Of a DNA stretch of 64,000 nt, positions 26,657 through 38,293 are shown in pieces. Every line of letters begins with the position of its first letter. Position 1 is the stretch's first letter. A program made the position numbers and the translations under genes. Source of the stretch: Cetorhinus maximus (lineage: Eukaryota); contig NC_135894.1 in the NCBI RefSeq assembly GCF_964194155.1, forward strand, positions 57,102,001 to 57,166,000. The letters run 5' to 3'. The notes below the pieces were generated by a model that did no database searches, was not told the DNA's origin, and worked only from the letters and a program-made list of their open reading frames with translations.

Positions 26657-27035
26657 AAATAGTCATTTGGTACCACAGAACTTGAACATTGCTGAAAAAA
26701 ATATTTTTTTTGTCTAGCTTTTTCGTCTTGCACTCATCAGGACAATTTGCAAAAAAGTGCCATTTGCGAGTTCATTCCCCAGGGCATTGTCTTGAACAGA
26801 GTCAAGCTCCTGGTTTAAATTTCAAACAATGTTTGACAGTTAACTGTCAGTCACCATCAACAGGCACATTATCCATAACAATGTCTCCACCAGAGGCCAC
26901 TTGCCAACCAATCAGCTGATCTTCTCATACAGTATAAATTTGTTGTTTCGCCTGACATTGACATTTTCTTGCAAATTGTCCTGATATGTGCAAGACAAAA
27001 AGCTTCAAAAAAAGGTCTCTTTTTCAGCAATACTC
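26657..27035. mobile_element. Non-coding inverted-arm element with hammerhead motifs (family B) and a 14-bp TSD
   Basis: TSD atggccagcatatt (26643-26656) / atggtcagcatatt (27036-27049). Arms attgctgaaaaa...agctttttcgtcttgcactcatcaggacaatttgcaa and ttgcaaattgtcctgatatgtgcaagacaaaaagctt...tttttcagcaat are inverted. Confidence 0.8.
26710..26745 (-). ncRNA. Minimal type I hammerhead ribozyme motif with intact core
   Basis: Minus strand reads TTGTC-CTGATGA-GT GCAAG AC-GAAA-AAGC-TA-GACAA: 5-bp stem I, CUGAUGA and GAAA core, 2-bp stem II, UH site. Activity untested. Confidence 0.65.
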
Positions 27036-27589
27036 ATGGTCAGCATATTGTTTGACCTCTTAGGCTCCTTCCACGACATGTTCTTCATCTTCTGGATTTG
27101 TCTTTGAGCTGTTGGAATGCTGCCTTCTTGAATTGCGATCTTGGATTGTTCTGACAGGCAATGAAGGCTGCTCATTTTTGTTCTTGGAGATCACAAATGT
27201 CAGCATAACTTTCACCAAACCAGTCCTGGCATTGACAATGCACAAACCCAATGACCTGGACACAGGAGTCTAGCAAGCTGACTTTATTTGATCCCACTGT
27301 TCTGGAATTGAGTTGGATGTGTGAAGATTTTCTAGATTGGTCATGAGGCGCTTTTGGAATTCCTCTCTTTGGTTGGGCTGCTTTAAGGCCAAGACATTGA
27401 TCTCCTTCCTCCTGTACTTTTGGGCTTTGCAATGTCTTCATGCAAGGTAATGTTCCTCATCAATCAAACAAGTTGATAATTTGTCCAGCGTGGATGCTGC
27501 ATGGATCAAATGATACAGATATCACTTAGACCTTTGACCCAAACAATGATAATCCAGGAGACTTGGTGAAGGAGGCTCGACGAAGAAAG

Positions 27590-28255
27590 ACAAACAACAA
27601 AACTCTTCATTGCCTCCAGAATGCTAACTTAGCCTTTGGTCAACTGAGGAAAAGGGTATTCGAGGACCAGGATCTCAAACCCAAGACCAAGGTCATGGTT
27701 TATCAGGTAGCAGCGATCCCCACACTGCTATATGTTTTGGAGACTTGCGCAACCTACAGCAGGCACCACAAAACAATGGACAAGTAACAAGAGTGGTGCC
27801 TTTGCAAATTCAGTGGCAAGAAAAGCAGTCCAACAGCAGCGTCCTCTCCCAAGCCAAGATGCCCATCAAGGCTCTAATCACTCTGAAGCAGCTCCACTGG
27901 GTGGGACATATTGTTCATTCAAATGCTGACACCAGACTTGCATCCTCAAAGCATCCCTGAAGTGGTCAAACACCTCTGCCAATTCATGGGAGCCCCTGCC
28001 TTGTGACCAGCCAAAATGGAGAAGGCTCATCCAGGAAGGCACCAAACAGAGCTTTGTCAGGAATATACATGGGTAAAATTGAGGTGTCGGAGGGAGCACA
28101 CAAACCTCCAAACAACCCATTCACCCAATCCTTCAACCACCACCTGCTCCAGATGTGGCAGAGTCTACAGATCGCACATTGGGCTTATCAGCCATTTCGG
28201 AACACATTGAACCAGAGTGGAAGTAAATCATTCTTGATCACGAGGGACTGTTTAA
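27590..28255 (+). mobile_element. RTE LINE 3' fragment
   Basis: ANLAFGQLRKRVFEDQDLKPKTKVMVYQVAAIPTLLY, QLHWVGHIV and CSRCGRVYRSHIGLISH; tail cacgagggactg. Confidence 0.85.
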
Positions 28256-28710
28256 AGCCAAGGCCCTTGTCCTTCTAGGTGGTAAACGTCACGGATTTCA
28301 AAGGAATTTGCTCCAGTCCATCCTGTATATGGTACACACTGCTGCCACTTTATCAATGATGGAGGGAGTGAATGATTAAGTTGGTTGATAGGGTGGAGAT
28401 CAAGCAGACTACTTAGTCCTGGATGGTGTCAAGCTTCTTGAGTGTTGTCAGAACTACTCTCATTGAGCTAAGTGGAGAGTATTCCATCACACTCCTTACT
28501 GTCTTGTTGAAGGTATTCAAACTTTGATGAGACAGGAGGCAAATTGTTCAGCACAGAATTTCCAGCCTCTGACCTGCTCTCGTAACCACAGTATCTACAT
28601 TGCTGGTCCAGTTCAGTTTCCATTCAATGGTAACCCCCAGGATGTTGATATCAAAGGGAGATGGTGAGATTCTCTGTTGTTGGAGATGGTCATTGCATAG
28701 CATTTGTGTG

Positions 28711-29864
28711 GCTACGCCTGTCTCTTTATGGGGTATGTGGAACATTCCTTGTTCCAGTCCTACTCTGGCCCCCTCCCACAACTCTTTCTCCGGTACATCG
28801 ATGATTACTTCGGTGCTGCTTCACGCTCTCGTCGGGACCTGGAAAAATTTATTAATTTTGCTTCCAATCTCCACCCCTCCGTCATTTTCACACGGTCCAT
28901 CTCTGACACTTCTCTTCCCTTCCTTGACCTCTCTGTTTCAATTTCTGATGATAGACTGTCCACCAATATCCATTACAAGCCTACCGACTCCCACAGCTAC
29001 CTCGACTACAGCTCCTCACACCCCGCTTCCTGTAAAGACTCCATCCCATTCTCTCAGTTCCTTCGCCTCCGTCGCATCTGTTCTGATGACGCTACCTTCA
29101 AAAACAGCTCCTCTGACATGTCCTCCTTCTTCCTTAACCAAGGTTTTCCATCCATGGTCGTTGACAGGGCCCTCAACCGTGTCCGGCCCATATCCCGCGC
29201 ATCCTCCCTCACGCCTTCTCCTCCTTCCCAGAAACATGATAGGGTCCCCCTTGTCCTCACTTATCACCCCACCAGCCTCCGCATTCAAAGGATCATCCTC
29301 CGCCATTTCCGCCAACTCCAGCATGATGCCACCACCAAACACATCTTCCCTTCACCCCCCCTGACGGCATTCCGTAGGGATCGTTCCCTACGGGACACCC
29401 TGGTCCACTCCTCCATCACTCCCTACTCCTCAACCCCCACCTATGGCACCTCCCCATGCCCACGCAGAAGATGCAACACCTGCCCCTTCACTTCCTCTCT
29501 CCTCACCGTCCAAGGGCCCAAACACTCCTTTCAAGTGAAGCAGCATTTCACTTGCATTTCCCCTAACTTAGTCTACTGCATTCGTTGCTCCCAATGCGGT
29601 CTCCTCTACATTGGAGAGACCAAACGCAAACTGGGCGACCGTTTTGCAGAACACCTGCGGTCTGTCCGCAAGAAAGACCCAAACCTCCCTGTCGCTTGCC
29701 ATTTTAACACTCCACCCTGTTCTCTTGCCCACATGTCTGTCCTTGGCTTGCTGCATTGTTCCAGTGAAGCCCAACGCAAACTGGAGGAACAGCACCTCAT
29801 CTTCCGATTAGGCACTTTACAGCCTTCCGGGCTGAATATTGAATTCAACAACTTTAGATCTTAA
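28711..29864 (+). pseudogene. Penelope RT (3' half) + linker + GIY-YIG endonuclease; unbroken frame, no native start
   Basis: YACLFMG, RYIDD (RT), LPFLDL, HYKPTDSHSYL (thumb), CPRRRCNTC linker, LVYCIRCSQCGLLYIGET...RFAEH...HF...GLN (GIY-YIG). About 384 codons without a stop. Confidence 0.93.
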
Positions 29865-30237
29865 ACTCCCTCCCCCATCCCCACCCCGTTTCTCCCCCCT
29901 CCCACTTTTTTTTTTTCAATAATTTATATAGATTCTTCTTTCCCCACCTATTTCCATTATTTTTAAATCTAAAACTAAAACCTTGTTAGTCTTTTCCACC
30001 CCACCCCCACTAGAGCTGTACTTTGAGTGTCCTGTCTTCCATTCTTAATTAGCACTTTTCTTAGACAAATATCACCACCTTCAACACCTCTTTGATCCTT
30101 TTGTCTGTGACATCTTTTGATTATCTGCTCCTATCACTGCTTGCTTATCTCCACAATCACCCCACCCTCAACTTCTCTCTCCCCCCGCCCCCCCCACCTT
30201 AAACCAGCTTATATTTCACCCCTCTCCTAACTATGCT

Positions 30238-30280
30238 TCAGTTCTGCCGAAGGGCCGTGAAGGCTCGAAACGTTAACTGA
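30238..30280 (+). ncRNA. Hammerhead-like motif (family A) in the Penelope 3' repeat
   Basis: TCAGTT-CTGCCGA-A-GGGCC GTGAA GGCTC-GAAA-CG-TT-AACTGA: 6-bp stem I, 5-bp stem II, palindromic AACGTT. Core position 6 is C instead of A. Confidence 0.6.
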
Positions 30281-31088
30281 TTTCTTCTCCACCGATGCTG
30301 CCAGACCTGCTGAGTTTTTCCAGGTAATTCTGTTTTTGTTTTGGATTTGGATTTCCAGCATCCGCAGTAGCTTTTAGCTTTTACTTGCCACTTCTCAGTC
30401 CATCCCGAATGTCTTGCTACATATGGACAGGGATTGCTTCATCATCTGAGGAACTGTGAATGGTGCTGAACATCGTGCAATCATCCACAAACATCTCCCA
30501 CTTCTGACTTTATGATGAGGGAAGGTCACTGATGAAGCAGCTGAAGATGGTTGGGCCTAGGACACTACCCTGAGGAAGTCCTGCAGCAATTTCATGGGAC
30601 TGAGATTGACCTCCAGCAACCACAAGCATCCTTCTTATACTCCAACCAGTGGAGGGCTCCCCACCCACCTCCACCCCCAATTCACATTGAATTCAATTTT
30701 ACTCGGGCTTCTTGACGCCACACTCAAACAAATGCTGACTGGATGTCGAGGGCAGTGAGGGAGGAGTAAAGATTGTCCAGGACAACAGAAGAACTCCATG
30801 CCATGGAATCCCTTTCACCCACTCCAAAAATCACTACATTAACATTCAACACAAAGTAAGCAATGTTAGAATTTTTAGTATTAACAACTTCCTTACATCT
30901 GGCAGAATACAATGTTAGGATTCAAGTATCCCAAAACCTCAGACCTTAACCAGTCTTCCATAACTCCAGCTCCCACTATAGGTTTATTAAGGAAGAAATC
31001 CCACGCACAAGAAACTGTGGCAAATTGGATGAAAATTTCCAGGATTCATTATGACCTGTCCACTGCCAAGTGGCCAATCTTTCACAAT

Positions 31089-31188
31089 AACAAAAACAGA
31101 AATACCTGGAAAAACTCAGCAGGTCTGGCAGCATCGGCGGAGAAGAACAAAGTTGACGTTTCGAGTCCTGATGACCCTTTTTTTGTTT
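31089..31188 (-). mobile_element. Short Penelope 3'-repeat insertion with a 14-bp TSD
   Basis: TSD caatctttcacaat at 31075-31088 and 31189-31202. The minus strand carries GGGTC ATCAG GACTC GAAA CG TC AACT, a hammerhead 3' half lacking CUGANGA. Confidence 0.85.
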
Positions 31189-31759
31189 CAATCTTTCACA
31201 ATGCTGCTTCTAGCCTGAAGCTAGATTTAGTGCTATTTATACTTTAATACTCTTGTTGATGAATCTGAGGCCAGTCCATTAGAAAATTGATTACTGGGAA
31301 CATCTTGCAGCAGTGTTGGATAGGTAGAGCAGCAGCAAAATTCAGTATTTAAGAAACATCTCCAGTGACATTGCTCAGAGTTTCCTCAAGAGGCCGGAAA
31401 GCATCTACACCAAGAGCACAGTCAGTGGCCTAGATGCCCATGTAATAAGTTCAATGTTGCTCTTATGGCTAATTGGAAATAATTTTTGCATATACCTATG
31501 AAATTGCATTTCAAAAAGGGCATAGAGAGCCAAAAGAAAAAAAAAATTGGAAGATTTTGAAACAATATTGCACAATTTGATTGGTTTGCTTTTTATCCTC
31601 CCACTAACAGATTTTCTTCTGTTGAAGCTCTGGATTGTTTGCTTCACAAGTGTCAAATTGAAGTCTCAAAAATTGAGGTCCTGAAATGTGATGCCTAAAG
31701 TATGATGTTCTGGAAGTGCTCATTCTTGTGCTATTTAGTCACCTACACTGTTTTCTCTT

Positions 31760-32590
31760 TCTGTTCTCGCACTATGGCCTCTGGAGTCCGCCAAGGATAT
31801 ATCCTTGGCCTCTTCCTATTTGGCATCTACTTGCTGCATCTCAGCAACATCTTTCAAAAACAGAAACTCTTTTTTCTGCCACTAACTGCCTCCTTCTCCC
31901 TGATAACTGTTTGAGGCTGAACCACACAGTTTTCAACCTTGATGTTGTATTTAGCCCAGAAACGAGCTTCCAAGTACATATCTGCTCCCTCACCAAGAAT
32001 GCCTACTTCCACCTAAGGACCATCACCTGACTCCACCCCACCTCAGCTCATTTGCTGCTGAAACTCTCACCTGTACCCGATCTCTAAATTTGACTATTCC
32101 AATGTTCTCATCTTCCACTCTACATAAATTTGAACTCATCCAAACCTTTGATGCCTCTGTCTCGTTCAAGTCTCATTCATCCATTATCCTATGCCCCCTG
32201 GTCAACATTAGATTTTAAAATTTGCATCCTTGATTTCAAGTCCGAGTGTGGTCTCTCTCCATCTCTAACCTCTTCCAGGACTACCACACTCCCAGGTCTC
32301 TGCGTTCTCCCAATTGTAACCACAATTACATTTTAATTGCTCCATTATTGGTAGCTGTACCTTCAGCTGCCCAGGTCAAAACTCTGGAATTTTCTCCATA
32401 AACATCTCCACCTGTCTTACCTCCCTTAAGGCACACATCAAAACCTACCTTTTTATCCAAGCTTTTTGTCATCTGTCCTAACATCCACTTATGTGGCTTA
32501 GTCTCAAATTTTATTTGAAATCACTTCTGTTAAGCATCTGGAGATATTTTACTATGTTAAAGATGTTACATAAACACAAGTTCTTGTTAA
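31760..32590 (+). mobile_element. L2 LINE 3' fragment
   Basis: SGVRQGYILGLFLFGIYLLHL (L2 RT motif), KNAYFHLRTI, and an L2 tail ...ataaacacaagttcttgtt. Confidence 0.8.
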
Positions 32591-33589
32591 GGTATAACTA
32601 GCAGATCTCCTGTGGTATTGCTCAAGATGTTATCTTACAATGATGGACGCATTATACTATATGTTGCAAGATGTACAAGAGTGGCTTAATTATGATGATT
32701 ACACAGTATTTTGGCAATTTTATGCTGTGAAGCATTTGGAAATACCCCAAGTAAATAATAGTTGCTATAGAAATAAAAGTTCTTTCTTTATATGGATAGC
32801 TTCTCAATGGTAGTTTTATAATTGTTTTGCTAATTTTTGATTCATATGTCTACTCCCATTGTAGTTCATGATATCTTGCTGTTTCAAGTATATGTGCTTT
32901 GTGAATCGGTCCAAATTTTGAATGTCGGGGCACAGCACCCAACATTTGAGGCAGGAAGCACAAGCGGGTGTACTAGTTCTAATATATTATACCAATAAAC
33001 CTCCCATGGTATTGCTTTAGATAAATTATGTACTATGTTTTCCAAGAGAAGAGGAGCTAGGCCAAGCAATGGACTCCCTGATAATGTGAAATTGTGTCCC
33101 TTTACCAAAGAAACTAGCTGAGCTCATTCAGCACTTTACAGCTGCAGGCCATCTTTCTGCTTTTATCTCTTATTTAAGCATAATTAGCTACAAATATTTA
33201 AATTTTTCAGACATCCTACCAATAGTTTGCTGGGCTGTGATGGTTTTTTAGTGCATTTTGCCTGAAATCAATGTAGCCAACACAACCTAAAAGAATTTTA
33301 AGTGAAAATTGCATTCAGGGGAAATCGAGTTTCCATGAAGCTTTGTGCTAATCGTAAAACATTGCATCATAAACAAAACTGACCATGCCCCCAGGACAAA
33401 TTAATCGCCATTGGGAGTTTGTGCTAAGTGTATCGTTTGCACGCCTTCAAAAGGGCCCTAAAAATTGAGCTGGTGATTTTGGGCACAAGGACATTTAGAA
33501 ATGTTTTAAAAGCTTTTGTTTTTTTTTATTTACTACAAAACTGACTAATGAACAACAATACAACTAGCAAATGGTTTTGTATGTTTTTT

Positions 33590-34895
33590 TCAAAGTTATT
33601 TTCAGTAATTTAAAATCAAGTTACTCAGGTGTGGATTGACACTAATCACAAATGCTTTAAACAGCACTTTCAGCTGTTTAATCAAACTGTACCTACTCAC
33701 CACTTTTAAATATATTAAGGAATATTTTTCAAAGCAAAACTTTAAAAAGTTACGGTTTAAAACAAGGCATGATTGCCCTAGTTCATGAGAGATTGTGCAT
33801 TTGGTAAACGAATTTGAACAGAAACCAGAGAAAAGAACACTCAAGATGGGAACAATGTGCACCAGAATTGCCAAATGTGCCTAAAACAGAAATGTTACAT
33901 GCCAGGCTTTGGTATTTTATGCAGTCATTTTCTGCAAACCTTGATAAGAAGTGTGAAGAAGCCAAGGTAGTTAAGTGAAATTTGAACGCCTGGGTTTTGG
34001 GTATGTTGAAGTTTACAGGTAAAAACTTTAAGGAAGGCTTTAAGAGGCAATGGACAATTCAATTTATATAGTTAATGTTATTGTGAAGTAGATTTTGTTT
34101 CTACCTTGTTTAAAACTGAATTTGTCCCATCAGAAAGTTTGGCTAGAGTGAAAAATGGAAAACAAAAACTTTGCATAAAACATTTGAGTGATTTATAGAG
34201 GAAAGATAATACCATATATGATTAAATGACAGGCAGTTGTAAGTCAACAAACTGTACAAGTGTAAATACAATTATAATTAGTCATTTTTGTTTGAATTTT
34301 AGTTACCACTTCAGGTATGCTACTAGAAACCCATTTCCTTCACAGGTGGTGGCATTTGGCACATTGTGTCTGTATCAACTATTCGAAAGAGCAATTCGTC
34401 CCATTCCCCTGTTCTTTCCCTATACCCCCACAAATGTATCCAATTCCCTTTTGAAAGTTTTCTTGAAGCTGTTTCCATTACTCCTTCAGGTAATGCATTC
34501 CAGATCGTAACAACTTGCTGCGTAAAACAATATTTTCCCTCATGTCGCCTCTATTCTTTTGTTAATTCTCTTAAATCTGCGTCGTCTAATTACCGGCCCT
34601 CCTTCCACTGGAATTTTTTTTTTTTTAAAAGTCATTTTTAGTATTTTAAAATCAGGTTACTTAGGTAGTGGATTGACACTGACTAAAATGCTTTATGATA
34701 ACCCACTTTCAGTTTAATCAAACTGTACTTAATTGTCACTGAAATTTATAAAGGAATATTTTTAAAGCATTTTGTTTCTTAAAAAATTACATTTTAAAAT
34801 GATGTGCAATTGCAAGAATTCATGACAGATTTTGCATTTAGCACAAGTCTGGGCAGAAGCTAGAAAAAATACATTCAGACGGGTACAATTTGCAT
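33590..34895 (+). repeat. Diverged direct repeat of about 280 bp (33590-33875 and 34625-34895)
   Basis: Shared blocks ttaaaatca(a/g)gttact, gtggattgacact, tttaatcaaactgtac, aaggaatatttt and ttcatga(g/c)agatt occur in the same order in both copies. Confidence 0.75.
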
Positions 34896-34899
34896 TAAG

Positions 34900-36390
34900 T
34901 CCCTTCATGATTTTGAACACCTTTTCTTTAACCTTCTCTGCTCAAATATAACTGAGGTCTTTGTTCCTTGATAATATTCTAGTAAATCTCCTCTGAACCC
35001 TCCCCAAGGCCTTCCTTGACCTCCTTCATAAAATGTGGTGTGCAGGATTGAACACAATTCTCCAGCAGGGTCCAAACCAGCATTTTGTACAAGCTCACTA
35101 CCACAGTTTGCTTTCTGCCCCTTAGCCAATTTCATATCCATGTGGCCACTGTCCCTTTAATTCCATGGACTTTAATTTTGCTAACAAGTCTATTATGAGG
35201 TACTTTATCAAATGCTTTTTGAAAGTCCCTAAGCAAAATGTCCTTTTCTTTAGTAAAGATGGATGCAGAGGACTCATTTAGCAACTCAGCCATGCCCTCT
35301 GCCTCCACATCTTGATATTTTTGGAGCCTAATTCACTTTTCTTTGTCTATCTTTTTAAAGTTGTGTGATCTTAAAAGACTTTTGGGATCCCTCCTATGTT
35401 ACCTGTTTGTCTATTTTCACACACTCTCTCTTGGCCTTAATTTCTTTTTCAGTTTTCCCAATCTTTTGCATTTAGCTTGGTTCACTACTGAATTAAGAAC
35501 CCATCATCTATCATAAGCCTCCTCTTTCTGTTGTAAAAATTAAAATCTATCTTTAGTCATCCAAGGAGCTCTAGCTATGGATGTCCTTCTTTCCGCCACG
35601 CCCATGTAGGAACATGTCTAGTCTGTAACCAAACTATCTCTGAATGCTTCCCATTGTTGATTTAGTGTTTTAACTGTCAATCTTTGATTCCAATCCACAT
35701 GGGCGAGAACCCTTTACAACTCAGTGAAATTACCGCTCCTCTAGTTGAATACTTTCACATTTGATTTTTCCTCATCATATTCCATAACTACTCTAAGCCT
35801 AATGATACTGTTTCCCAAATGCCCTCCCACTGAAACATGTTCTACCTCATTCCCAAAAACTAGATCCAGCAGTGCTGCCTTTCTCACTGGGCTAGAAACA
35901 TGAAGAAAGTTCACTTGTACAAATTTCAGAATTCCTCCCTTTGTTTACCCTTTGTACTGTTATTTAATTGTCTTGCTATAGACTAATAAAAGTCCCCTAT
36001 TATCACTACTCTAAAGCATTTTTTGAAATTCACCTAAATTTGCTCGTCTATCTCCTTCCCACTGGTTGGTGGCCTAGAGTATACATCCAGCAGTGTAATA
36101 GCTCCTCAAATTGTTCCTCAATTCAAACCAAATAGATTCAGTCTTCAAACCTTGAAGTACGTTATCCGTTTCCAAATCTGTAACAACATTTTTAATCAAT
36201 ACTGCCCTCCCTGCCCTTCTTTTCATCCTTCCATCTTTCCAGAATACAATGTATGCAGGAATATTAAGTGCTAATTCCTCCCTTTGATTGAGCCAAGTCT
36301 TTGTTATTCTTATTATACCACATAACTACTAGTATCTGCAGCTACCAACTTTATTTAACACACGGTGCACTTACACTCATGCACTCGGGA
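34900..36390 (-). mobile_element. Old, internally deleted CR1 fragments
   Basis: actttatcaaatgctttttgaaagtc (reverse of DFQKAFDK) and aagtcccctattatcac (reverse of IIGDF). A further CR1 tail piece lies at about 34350-34610. Confidence 0.7.
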
Positions 36391-36931
36391 CATGACCCGA
36401 TCTTCCTGTCACTTGCCATTTTAATTCACCATCTTGCTCACATTCTGCTGCAATGTTCCAGTGAAGCCCAACATAAACTGGAGGGACAGCACCTTATCTT
36501 CCGATTAAGCACTTTATAGCCTTCTGCACTTAACATCAAGTTCAACAACTTCAGACCATGAAGTCTTTCCTCCATTTTGATTCTTTTTTGCTCCCCGCCC
36601 TAGGGCAGTCTGTAACTTGGTTCTCATGTTTTGCTTTCAGAAAGTGCTGACCCTTGTTTTGCTATTCACACATTCTGCTATCTGATCTTTATGCCACTAT
36701 TAACACCTGCCTTAGTCTTTAACACTATCATTACCACTCCCTTGGTCGTGCATCCATGACTTCTTTGTCATTTAATCTCTCCTGAGCTCCAATCCGCCCT
36801 GACCTTGTATTTTGCTCCAACCCCTCTCTAACAGCATAAAACCCATCATATTGCTACCTTTCTTCAGCTCTAAAGTGGAATCATTTGGACTCAAAACATT
36901 AACTGTGTTTCTCTCTTCCACAGATGCTGCC
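36391..36931 (+). mobile_element. Old Penelope 3' remnant
   Basis: QCSSEAQHKLEGQHLIFRLSTL matches the GIY-YIG C-terminus. Ends with a decayed hammerhead/3' repeat ggactcaaaacattaactgtgtttctc...cagatgctgcc. Confidence 0.8.
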
Positions 36932-37189
36932 AAATTAGTTTAAACTGAAGATCAATTAATATTTGGTAATATACAGTAGCTATCATATTGTGGTAATTAC
37001 AAGGCTCCAAGAGCAGACTTCTAAACAGGGCAGGTTTTACACCATGTGAGACTGGATAAGGGTACAACTATTTTAACCAAAAAAAGGGTTACATCATTGT
37101 GACAGGAGAGTCTATCAATATAGGTATTATTGGTAGCAGGGTAGTATATGATCATCAATTGTTTAAAGCCATTGCGCTTCTGTAACTGA

Positions 37190-38020
37190 TCTGAAATAGG
37201 GATGCACAATATCAACTTTTCAGATGATACAAAAATAGGGACAAAGGTTATTTGTCAAAAATACATAAGCACCTTTAGGAGGATAAAGACAAGTTAGAAG
37301 AAATACAGGCATCAGATGAAATTTAATGAGGATAAATATAATGAATTATTTGGAAAGAATAACCAAGAGGGCATACTCACTAAATGATAAAACTTTAAAA
37401 GGAGTAGAGGAACAGAGACACTCAGGGATTCGAAATCACAAATTTTCAAAATTGAGAGGCTAAGTTAATACAACCGAAAAAAAGTTTGAGGTTCTAGATT
37501 TTAGAATAAGGATATCAAGTACAAAAACAAAAAGTTAATGGAAATTATACAAATCACTGGTTAGGCTGCAGTGGAAATATGGTGTCTGGTTTTAGGTATT
37601 TGACCTTAGGAAAGGTGTCATTGAGGATGTGGATGATTCTTATAAATTAAATTAGATTAGCTTAAATTAGGGCCTCTTATAGATCACAATAAAAGCTTAA
37701 AAAGCAAACAGATGGTGAATTCTAAAATGGAGGTATATTTGCTAAGGTAACCATGAAAAAAAATCACTGATCAATGAATCAGTAGCACAAAGGGATGAAT
37801 TTACCACCAGAACATCAAAAGGACCTGACAGTCATTAGCACATAGAATATCCAACCAAAAGAACAATAGAGCAGAATCCATAAGCTTTTACAAAGAAAGC
37901 ACATACATTTTTGCTTTAAAAGGTTGAGATGGAACTAGGTTGATAGTTCTTTCCTGTGTCTGGAACAGAAGTGAGGGGGCCAAACTGTCTCCTTAAAATG
38001 TTGCAAAAATTATACAATTC
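37190..38020 (+). mobile_element. Highly decayed CR1 3' fragment
   Basis: ttttcagatgatacaaaaatagg (FxDDTK), tacaaatcactggttaggctgcagtggaaatat, and a CR1-like tail. Confidence 0.65.
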
Positions 38021-38293
38021 ATGATTTTACTTATATCTATGTCATACATTCAAAAATGTAGTTACATATCTAATCAAAGACCTAACTGGACTAATAAAAA
38101 GCTTTATTTTACTTTCTTACTAGAATGAACGCTATTCATAAATTAGAGTTGCGTTTTGTATCTTATTCAAACACACTCCACCTCCTCTTTTGCAATGAAA
38201 CAGCCTACCGTTTCATGCATCTTGTGTCGTTCAAATGCAGGCATAAGAATAGTGAAGTTTATCCCATCAATTCTGTTACAAGAATGTTCTCTG

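Larger units (their letters stand above)
25060..27540 (-). mobile_element. RTE (BovB-like) LINE, decayed, carrying a nested insertion
   Basis: LQRFGCPKNF...CVKQSCVIAPILF...LQFVDDCSVVAHS (RTE-type RT). C-terminal CPMCPKICGPSIGLFSHVRIQ C2H2-like motif. Confidence 0.85.
28711..30380 (+). mobile_element. Penelope-like element (Neptune type), 5'-truncated, young
   Basis: RT/GIY-YIG ORF followed by a roughly 500-bp pyrimidine-rich 3' repeat region homologous to the copies at 45527 and 58299. Confidence 0.93.
28265..30760 (-). mobile_element. RTE-X-like LINE fragment split by a Penelope insertion
   Basis: 28265-28710 and 30381-30760 align consecutively with about 5915-6810 of the 5649-8420 element. 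The break falls at tgtgtgg | ttacttgcca. Confidence 0.85.

Noticed and set aside
25060-28255. Horizontal transfer of BovB-like RTE elements
   Set aside because: The copies are heavily decayed, and transfer cannot be inferred without cross-species comparison.
28600-29364. 254-aa ORF overlapping the Penelope RT in another frame (also 46329-47072)
   Set aside because: Low-complexity Pro/Ser/Thr translation. The C/T-rich sense strand suppresses stop codons, and the start lies in the host LINE.
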